Positions 36,993 to 42,784 of a DNA stretch of 42,784 nucleotides are shown in pieces. Source of the stretch: Staphylococcus phage SpaA1; the sequence record HE614281.1; one strand, given 5' to 3'. The first letter of the stretch is position 1. Every line of letters starts with the position of its first letter. The notes below the pieces were generated by a model. The model was not told where the DNA came from. It saw only the letters and a program-made list of their open reading frames with translations, and did not search any database. The translations under genes were made by a program, and so were the position numbers.

Positions 36993-37169
36993 ATGGAAAT
37001 TACGGTTAATGAAACGGGATTTAATGAAGAAAGAATGAGAAAAGGTAAAGTAACGATTGTTACAAAAGCTAATACATTTACGATCCATACAGATTATGTA
37101 GATGATGCTTATTATCTAGCTAGCGTACTAGAAGATGTAGCAGAGGAAATTGAAGTTAAAGAAAACTGA
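36993..37169 (+). CDS. Small acidic hypothetical protein (58 aa)
   Basis: It shares the leader TAGTAGAAAAGGAGAATGAAAGATG with the neighbouring genes and is below the track cutoff. Confidence 0.35.
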   Translation: MEITVNETGFNEERMRKGKVTIVTKANTFTIHTDYVDDAYYLASVLEDVAEEIEVKEN

Positions 37170-37198
37170 ACAAAAATTTCATTTTGTAGAAAAGGAGA

Positions 37199-37402
37199 AT
37201 GGATATGGATATAGGTATGAATGACCAAACTGTAATCGTTAGTATTCCACCAGTAGAAAAGTGGCCGTTAAAACAACTTAAATCAGTTTGTAGACATAAC
37301 AAAATAAAAGGTTACACAAAAATGGATCGTGAAGAGTTAGTGCAACATGTAAAAGAAATAATCAAGAGCATGAAGCCTATTAAAGAGGGGGAATTGATAT
37401 GA
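37199..37402 (+). CDS. Small protein with Rho-N/SAP-like motif
   Basis: LKQLKSVCRHNKIKGYTKMDREELVQHV resembles the Rho termination factor N-terminal (Rho_N) helix-hairpin motif; same repeated leader TGTAGAAAAGGAGAATGGATATG. Confidence 0.45.
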   Translation: MDMDIGMNDQTVIVSIPPVEKWPLKQLKSVCRHNKIKGYTKMDREELVQHVKEIIKSMKPIKEGELI

Positions 37403-37677
37403 AATACTTTGAGTTTGATAAACATGGATATTGGGCAATGGTTGCAGCAGAGGATGAAGATAAAGCTATCGAGGTTTATGTAGAAGAAGTTGCTGGAGAA
37501 AGCATTAAGGAAATAGAAGAAGAGGGAGAACCTACAGAAATAACAAGAGAGCAAGCATTAAACAGATATATTGAATCGTCAATTTCAGTAGCAGGATATT
37601 TAACGATTGAAGAAATAACAAAAGAATTTAATGAGCGTAAGAATACAACATTACTAATTGATTCGTCACTAACATAA
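37399..37677 (+). CDS. Acidic hypothetical protein
   Basis: 92 aa, Glu-rich (AAEDEDKAIEVYVEEVAGESIKEIEEEGEPTEI); ATGA overlap with the upstream gene. Confidence 0.45.
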   Translation: MKYFEFDKHGYWAMVAAEDEDKAIEVYVEEVAGESIKEIEEEGEPTEITREQALNRYIESSISVAGYLTIEEITKEFNERKNTTLLIDSSLT

Positions 37678-37796
37678 AAGAGCAGCTAGCAAAAGCTAAC
37701 TGCTCATCTCCAAGGGGGAACAAGGAGAAAGTAACTTAATGGGTTGTCTACAGTATTGACGGAATATTGAGTTTTATTCAGGGGAGGAACAAGAAA

Positions 37797-38183
37797 ATGA
37801 GAAAAATTAAATGTCGTGGAAGAGATGAAAGAGGGAAGTGGCATTATGGTTATTATGTTGATGGTTATATGTTTGATGGCATGCTAGGTCTTTGGGAGTC
37901 AGTTCCATTTATAGTCCAAAGCCAATTAGAGGGTGATGTTCGAGTTGAAGCTGAAACAGTTGGTCAATATACAGGCGTAGAAGATAAGAACGGCAAGGCA
38001 ATTTACGAAGGTGATATTGTCAAATGTCATAACGATTTAGTCTACAGAGTTGATTGGCACGAAAAGGACGCTATGTTTTACTACAAAGATCCAGATGGAG
38101 ATGAGGATGAAGATTTGAGAATGAGTGCAGTGTCATTCGAAGTAATAGGAAATGTATATGACAATCAAAACTTAATAAAATAA
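37797..38183 (+). CDS. YopX-family phage protein
   Basis: N-terminus MRKIKCRGRDERGKWHYGYYV matches the YopX/TIGR01671 N-terminal signature; ATG 37797 after GGGGAGG (the track starts at 37767). Confidence 0.65.
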   Translation: MRKIKCRGRDERGKWHYGYYVDGYMFDGMLGLWESVPFIVQSQLEGDVRVEAETVGQYTGVEDKNGKAIYEGDIVKCHNDLVYRVDWHEKDAMFYYKDPDGDEDEDLRMSAVSFEVIGNVYDNQNLIK

Positions 38184-38213
38184 TCCTTTTAATAGAAAGT
38201 GAGACTGATATAA

Positions 38214-38744
38214 ATGGCATATAGCGGAGCACATGGACCTGCATTTGAAAATCTAATTAATTGGTCAAACGATATGTATAGAAATAATGAAATTGCATTA
38301 ATTGAAAAACGAGCTACACCCGTTGTAGTTACGAAAAAATATAGGGATGGAAGAATTAAAGAAGGATATTACGAGAAAAAATCTACAGTGGATTATGATG
38401 GGATATATAAAGGTCGATTTATTGCATTTGAGGCCAAGGCTACTATAAAAGAAAAACGCTTTGATTTAAGTAATATAAAGCCTCACCAATACAAATGGTT
38501 ACTACAAGCTGAGCAGATGGGAGCAATTTGTTTCATTTTATTGGAGTTTAGTAAAGAACATTCTATATTCTTAGTTCCATTTGCGCTAATTAAAGAGTAT
38601 ATGAAAGCAGCAGAAAATGGTGGTCCAAAATCAATAAAAAGAGAAGTATTTGATGAGAGAGCATATTTAGTAACACCAACTAATCGTGCGTTAGTAGATT
38701 ACCTATATTATGTTGATAAGTTAGAATGGCCAAGTATTAGTTAA
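38214..38744 (+). CDS. recU: Holliday junction resolvase RecU (PD-(D/E)XK nuclease)
   Basis: STVDYDGIYKGRFIAFEAKATIKEK and GAICFILLEF closely parallel the B. subtilis RecU motifs [24 protein letters not shown] and GICFVIISAF; 176 aa. Confidence 0.85.
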   Translation: MAYSGAHGPAFENLINWSNDMYRNNEIALIEKRATPVVVTKKYRDGRIKEGYYEKKSTVDYDGIYKGRFIAFEAKATIKEKRFDLSNIKPHQYKWLLQAEQMGAICFILLEFSKEHSIFLVPFALIKEYMKAAENGGPKSIKREVFDERAYLVTPTNRALVDYLYYVDKLEWPSIS

Positions 38745-38763
38745 AGTAATAGAGGGTGAAGAT

Positions 38764-39081
38764 ATGAATGCTAAAGAGGCGCGTATCAAAGTTCTAAATA
38801 TGCAGGATAAGTATTGTAAAAATTGTGAGTATAGATATCAGCAATTGGATCATTGTAGTTCAAATTGCACCATAGGGAAAGAAATAATAAAACTAGGCGC
38901 ATTTCTAGGTGGCAAAGAAGAAGTGCAAAAGCGAAAAAGGAAAACGAAAGAAGAATGGGATAGAATTTGTGTGAAAGCTGCAGCTATGAGAGAAGACGGA
39001 ATGACGTATACAGCTATTGCTAGATACTTTGGTATTGCAGATGGTAAAAATGTATCGGAGCAGCTAAAAAAAGAGGATTAA
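38764..39081 (+). CDS. Zinc-finger plus HTH-like small phage protein
   Basis: CKNCEY...CSSNC Cys cluster; C-terminus MTYTAIARYFGIA is HTH-like. Confidence 0.45.
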   Translation: MNAKEARIKVLNMQDKYCKNCEYRYQQLDHCSSNCTIGKEIIKLGAFLGGKEEVQKRKRKTKEEWDRICVKAAAMREDGMTYTAIARYFGIADGKNVSEQLKKED

Positions 39082-39230
39082 ATTAAAATTTCACTTACCG
39101 TATTAAAATGATAAATAAAAAAACAATGAAAGTAATAGTCCGCATTCAGAGGGCGTTTGTGTGTAGGAAAGCAATTTTTCCTGTATACAATTCAGCGTCC
39201 TCTTTTTATATAAAAGGAGGAACCTGGCTG

Positions 39231-39446
39231 ATGAAAAAATTAATGCAGCAGTATATAGAAACAAGAAAAGAATTAGAAAATTCTAAGGTAGGCGCAACAG
39301 AAAAGGATATAAGTATTATCAATGGAATGATCAGTGATATTAATTACGCTCTAGAATGGATGCGTACTGCTAAACAGCCAGGGAAAAAAGAGGAATTGAA
39401 CGTAGGGCGGCATATGAACGTGAGAAACCATGTGACCCATTATTAA
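39231..39446 (+). CDS. Small protein, possibly the N-terminal portion of a split ArpU/RinA-type late regulator
   Basis: 71 aa from ATG 39231 after AAAAGGAGGAACC (the track start 39108 lies in a non-coding-looking leader); stop overlaps the next start (TAATG). Confidence 0.4.
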   Translation: MKKLMQQYIETRKELENSKVGATEKDISIINGMISDINYALEWMRTAKQPGKKEELNVGRHMNVRNHVTHY

Positions 39447-39730
39447 TGCAAAGATATGTGCGTAGTACTGTAATGCCAGTATATGAATGGGATACAGCAG
39501 CAAAAGAAAGTGTTATCTCTGAATGGGACCGTATGCAGTTAGAAGATGCATTATCAACTTTAACGGATAGAGAAAAGGAAATATATGTAATGTCTAGAGG
39601 TCATGGTTTAACGATGGAAAAAATATCTAATTATTTAGGGGTGAAAAAAACTACTATTCAAAACCATTTAGAAAGAGCAGATAAGAAGATTGGAAAAAGA
39701 ATAAATGAAAGTCTCTTCTGCATGTTTTGA
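39446..39730 (+). CDS. ArpU-family / sigma-70 region-4-like phage late transcriptional regulator
   Basis: LTDREKEIYVMSRGHGLTMEKISNYLGVKKTTIQNHLERADKKI is a classic sigma region-4 HTH; last regulator before the non-coding gap. Confidence 0.6.
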   Translation: MQRYVRSTVMPVYEWDTAAKESVISEWDRMQLEDALSTLTDREKEIYVMSRGHGLTMEKISNYLGVKKTTIQNHLERADKKIGKRINESLFCMF

Positions 39731-40267
39731 TTTTAGTTGCGAAAAATGTCGAAATTTGTGGTACAAATGCCCCCTATATATGAAAGGTTACCGAGACCTG
39801 TTCCGATGGTATCTGTTTTGGGTGACCAAGTGTTTGCTCGTATATAGATTCTATAGGGATGTTTTTTTCAATACACAATAAGCGATGGGATATTGCGAGT
39901 CTCATTGCTGCAAATCATTTAATAAAGGGGTTGATTCTCATGTAGTAAAAATTAAAACAAGTACACCACCTATTTAAAAAGACGTCGGAAGAAATACAAA
40001 CGTCTTGATATGAATCCTTTATAATTCGATATCGGTCAACGAAGGCTATGCGACAGCCGAAGTATTGACTATACCTATTCAGAGGGAGGACTATTCTTAG
40101 TCTTCTCTCAGTCACTGAACGTAAAGTGCGTAGCTAAGAATACGGGAATGCAGTGGCTGAGAGAATGTTAAGAGTGATCTTGGCATTCGATTCACATAGA
40201 CATATCCCCTTATGTTCGAACGTGAATTTCTCCCATCCCCTTTAATATTTTTATAAGCCGTAAAAGA

Positions 40268-40302
40268 ACCGTCATTTTAATAGTGGCGGTTTCTTTTTTA
40301 AA
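40268..40302 (+). terminator. Rho-independent terminator at the end of a ~590-bp ORF-free region
   Basis: The sequence ACCGTCA-TTTTAATAG-TGGCGGT forms a 7-bp stem with one G-U pair and is followed by TTCTTTTTTAAAG. Confidence 0.5.
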
Positions 40303-40316
40303 GAAAGGATGAGGAT

Positions 40317-40493
40317 ATGAGTAATAAAGAAAATGTAGAAATAACAATTATAGCGAACAACGAATTGTTAGAGAAACAATTAAGAAATAGCACTTTAAGT
40401 GATGGAGCAGCTGTTAAGGAATTAAGAACAGTCACCATACCATTAAGCAACAATAAAATCATTAGTATTCCTTATTTAAAGAGTGAACTATAG
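40317..40493 (+). CDS. Small hypothetical protein (58 aa)
   Basis: RBS AAAGGATGAGGATATG; MSNKENVEITIIANNELLEKQLRN... Confidence 0.3.
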   Translation: MSNKENVEITIIANNELLEKQLRNSTLSDGAAVKELRTVTIPLSNNKIISIPYLKSEL

Positions 40494-40622
40494 CATCCAT
40501 AATGGGTGCTTTTCTTTGTTATATAAAAATTACACATTAAAGATCGTTTAACTATGTTAGATGGATAACGAATGTATACAGCTATAGTAGACAAATTAGA
40601 CACTTAAAAAGGAGGATGAAGG

Positions 40623-40865
40623 ATGGATAATCAATATCTTGCGGAAAGAATCGATCGATTAGAAAAATTAGTTAATGATTTAGATAGTGTAAATCGAGAT
40701 CAACAAAAAGTAATTAACGACTTATGTATGAGAATTGAAGGTGTAGTCAACACGATTGATCATTTAAAAAAGGAATTAAGCACTAAAATGAGCGTTCTTC
40801 CTAAAGATGCGCAAGAAAAGATAGAGAAGTTAAAGAAAGCTGCGGAGGGAATTGTAGATGGCTAA
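40623..40865 (+). CDS. Hypothetical coiled-coil protein, paralogue of 8-337
   Basis: It shares 24 nt of RBS/start context (GGAGGATGAAGGATGGATAATCAA) and the N-terminal MDNQ.Y with the window-start gene. Confidence 0.45.
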   Translation: MDNQYLAERIDRLEKLVNDLDSVNRDQQKVINDLCMRIEGVVNTIDHLKKELSTKMSVLPKDAQEKIEKLKKAAEGIVDG

Positions 40866-41124
40866 TAACAAATTAAAGATTAACATTGATGTCGATACGA
40901 CAGAAGCGTTAAAACAAATGAAGGAAGTAACTGAAGCTGCCAATGAATGTGTTGCTGCATTAGAGAGATTGGAGAAATTGACTAATAAATTTTCAGGTTT
41001 AGCGCGGGGAGGAATAGTGAGTGCTGGAATGATGAGTGTTCCTGTCACCTTAAATGGGGGGACGATTGCCGAATCCGTTTCTAAAATTCAAGAAAATGAG
41101 AGTATTAGAGTGCGACAGTTTTAA
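40858..41124 (+). CDS. Hypothetical protein
   Basis: 88-aa ORF overlapping upstream gene by 8 nt. Confidence 0.4.
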   Translation: MANNKLKINIDVDTTEALKQMKEVTEAANECVAALERLEKLTNKFSGLARGGIVSAGMMSVPVTLNGGTIAESVSKIQENESIRVRQF

Positions 41125-41262
41125 TTAAACCAATAGCAATTATCGTAGGCGCTTCCGTGATCTGGGGGCGTCTTGTTTGTTGTTAAGGAAAGATAAGCGC
41201 AAACGTGTTGCATTTTAGAAAACAAATGGACACAATGAACGGAAATAGAGGAGGAAATAATA

Positions 41263-41505
41263 ATGAATTTCGGTCAAGCTCTAGAAGCGTTGAAACAAGG
41301 TAAAAAAGTAAAAAGGTCTATTTGGGGTGGATATTGGTTTCTCTCCAAGAATCCAGAGGTAAAAGAAGAACTGAACGCTGGATATGTAAGGGAATTTCAA
41401 ACTCACGATATGATATTCGCTGTATTAAAGGATAATGGTGGGGTTGTACCCGCTCAAGCGTACCAAGCTGATATGTTAGCAGAAGATTGGGAGGTTGTTG
41501 AATAA
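41263..41505 (+). CDS. DUF2829-family small protein (paralogue 3 of 4; tandem with 41505)
   Basis: MNFGQALEALKQGKKVKRSIWGG...MLAEDWEVVE; RBS GAGGAGGAAATAATAATG. Confidence 0.6.
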   Translation: MNFGQALEALKQGKKVKRSIWGGYWFLSKNPEVKEELNAGYVREFQTHDMIFAVLKDNGGVVPAQAYQADMLAEDWEVVE

Positions 41506-41768
41506 TGAGTTTTGGACAAGCGATAGTGGCACTAGTGCAAGGGAAAAACGTAGCTCGTGAAGGATGGAACGGTAAAAATATGTTTTTGTATCTTATTGAA
41601 GGTAATAAATTGTCTAAGGGATTAGGATATGGATACGGCGAGTATGTAGGGGTAGAACCTTCATTTGTTGATACCATTGCAATGAAGACTGCACAAAATA
41701 CAATTGTTGTTGGCTGGCTCGCATCCCAAACGGATATGTTAGCAAATGACTGGGTAATTTTAAATTAA
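41505..41768 (+). CDS. DUF2829-family small protein (paralogue 4 of 4)
   Basis: MSFGQAIVALVQGKNVAREGWNGKNMF...MLANDWVILN; the start overlaps the stop of paralogue 3 (TAATG). Confidence 0.6.
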   Translation: MSFGQAIVALVQGKNVAREGWNGKNMFLYLIEGNKLSKGLGYGYGEYVGVEPSFVDTIAMKTAQNTIVVGWLASQTDMLANDWVILN

Positions 41769-42027
41769 AATACAGATAGTTAACATAGTGAAGTTTATGC
41801 AAGAAATTAGGGTTAACGATTAATAAGAATGCTGTTAAATCAACGATGTATAAAAACTGTATAACGGTATAAAACAAGAATCGCTCAACCATGCGTATTT
41901 CCCATGTTAATGACTGTCATATAATAACTATTATGTAAACTAAAACTGTTAGGTCTATTCATTTCCCTGCATAAATTAGTTTTCGTTATGGATTTTTCAA
42001 AATAAGATTCTTTTTGGAGTGGTTTTT

Positions 42028-42348
42028 ATGAAAAAGAAGCGATATATGAAGAAAAGAAAGAAAATGAATCTTTATTATGTGACGAATGGATATACAGGAT
42101 ATAGCCAAATACATGTGTATGTCATTGCGGAAAACCACGAGAGAGCAGAAGAGCTAGCTTCCAGAAGATTTAGAGAAGACGCTAGAAATAAAGATTATGA
42201 TGAAGTTCTTGCTAGGCATAAAAAAATAGGATGGCCTACAGATCACTTACAAGAATATCGTTATGATGAAAATTATTGGACCGACCTAGATGTCTATTGT
42301 GAAGCAGAAGATGTATCGCAAGAATTTGTTTCTGATGTAAACGATTAA
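42028..42348 (+). CDS. Hypothetical protein with a very basic N-terminus
   Basis: MKKKRYMKKRKKM...; ATG after TTGGAGTGG (the track starts at 42019). Confidence 0.4.
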   Translation: MKKKRYMKKRKKMNLYYVTNGYTGYSQIHVYVIAENHERAEELASRRFREDARNKDYDEVLARHKKIGWPTDHLQEYRYDENYWTDLDVYCEAEDVSQEFVSDVND

Positions 42349-42375
42349 ATACTGCTTTTTATTTTGGAGGGAGTG

Positions 42376-42759
42376 ATGGTAATGGAACAGGATATTAATG
42401 AAATAAGTTTTAAGTATCTTAGTCCTATATGCGAAACATTCAAACTTGATTTTGATGAAATCTCCGATGATGTCAAAAGACATGTGAATGCTAACAATTC
42501 TAAAATCAATGCTTCTAATGCTGTTCTAGGTATGCGTTTTATCTTATCGAGAATATGGTGTACAGATATGCATAAGGAATTAGGTGCGATTGATTGGAAG
42601 ACAGTAAAAGAAAATATTTATAAGGTTTCTAGATCATTAGTTAGTAAACCGGAAGAACAATATCAATTCATTAGAAAAGTCGCTGGTGCACAAGGTTACT
42701 TTATGCTGTGGCTATTATTAGAAGAAATGCACGAGAAAGAAATGTTAGCGCTGGAATAA
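42376..42759 (+). CDS. Hypothetical protein
   Basis: Preceded by the conserved leader TTTTTATTTTGGAGGGAG, also seen at 19095 and 42765; 127 aa. Confidence 0.4.
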   Translation: MVMEQDINEISFKYLSPICETFKLDFDEISDDVKRHVNANNSKINASNAVLGMRFILSRIWCTDMHKELGAIDWKTVKENIYKVSRSLVSKPEEQYQFIRKVAGAQGYFMLWLLLEEMHEKEMLALE

Positions 42760-42784
42760 GTGCTATTTTTTATTTTGGAGGAGG

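Larger units (their letters stand above)
1..42784. mobile_element. Complete or near-complete temperate tailed-phage genome in circularly permuted form
   Basis: Packaging, head, tail, lysis, integrase, repressor and replication modules are contiguous. Window end plus window start recreates GGAGG-ATGAAGGATGGATAATCAA, the same start context found internally at 40601-40630. The integrase is mid-window rather than at an edge. Confidence 0.7.

Noticed and set aside
39915-40115. 66-aa minus-strand ORF within the non-coding gap
   Set aside because: It has no ribosome-binding site and is on the opposite strand to all neighbours. The region is better explained as structured non-coding DNA or RNA.
1-42784. 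Interpretation as a chromosomally integrated prophage with att sites at the window edges
   Set aside because: The integrase and candidate attP are mid-window, both window ends are phage early genes, and the end-to-start junction reconstitutes an internal RBS-start motif. This favours a complete genome in circular or permuted representation, though host flanks cannot be excluded without more sequence.

Overview
The 42.8 kb window reads as one complete, circularly permuted genome of a temperate tailed phage (siphovirus-type) from a low-GC Firmicute. Gene content suggests a Bacillus host, plausibly Bacillus cereus group, but that is inferred only from the gene repertoire and the AGGAGG-type ribosome-binding sites. 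Joining the window end (..TTTTTATTTTGGAGGAGG) to the window start (ATGAAGGATGGATAATCAA..) recreates the ribosome-binding site and start context found internally at 40601-40630. Gene order on the + strand: early/accessory small genes (40317-42784 wrapping to 1-536), terminase small and large subunits, portal, SPP1 gp7-like head protein, scaffold, major capsid, connector proteins, major tail protein, chaperones with a probable -1 frameshift, tape measure, Dit, a 1569-aa Tal/tail fibre with an S74 chaperone domain, a tyrosine recombinase, a BhlA-like protein, holin and GH25 endolysin. Next comes an unusual module: a small XRE helix-turn-helix (HTH) protein, an array of ten 10-bp palindromic repeats, an FtsK/SpoIIIE-like ATPase, a replication-relaxation-like protein, a Rep-like HTH protein and a tyrosine integrase. 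The lysogeny and early region follows: an AimR/AimP-like (arbitrium-type) receptor-peptide pair, a cI-like repressor, a cro-like protein, a Rha antirepressor, a sigma factor, a DnaD-like protein, DnaC, RecU, YopX and an ArpU-like sigma-4 protein. Most notable are the arbitrium-like communication locus, the plasmid- or AICE-like FtsK/Rep/int module with its repeat array, four paralogous DUF2829 (possibly Tad2-like) genes, a cluster of small acidic proteins sharing a duplicated leader, a second recombinase beside the tail fibre gene, and a ~590 bp non-coding region ending in a terminator.
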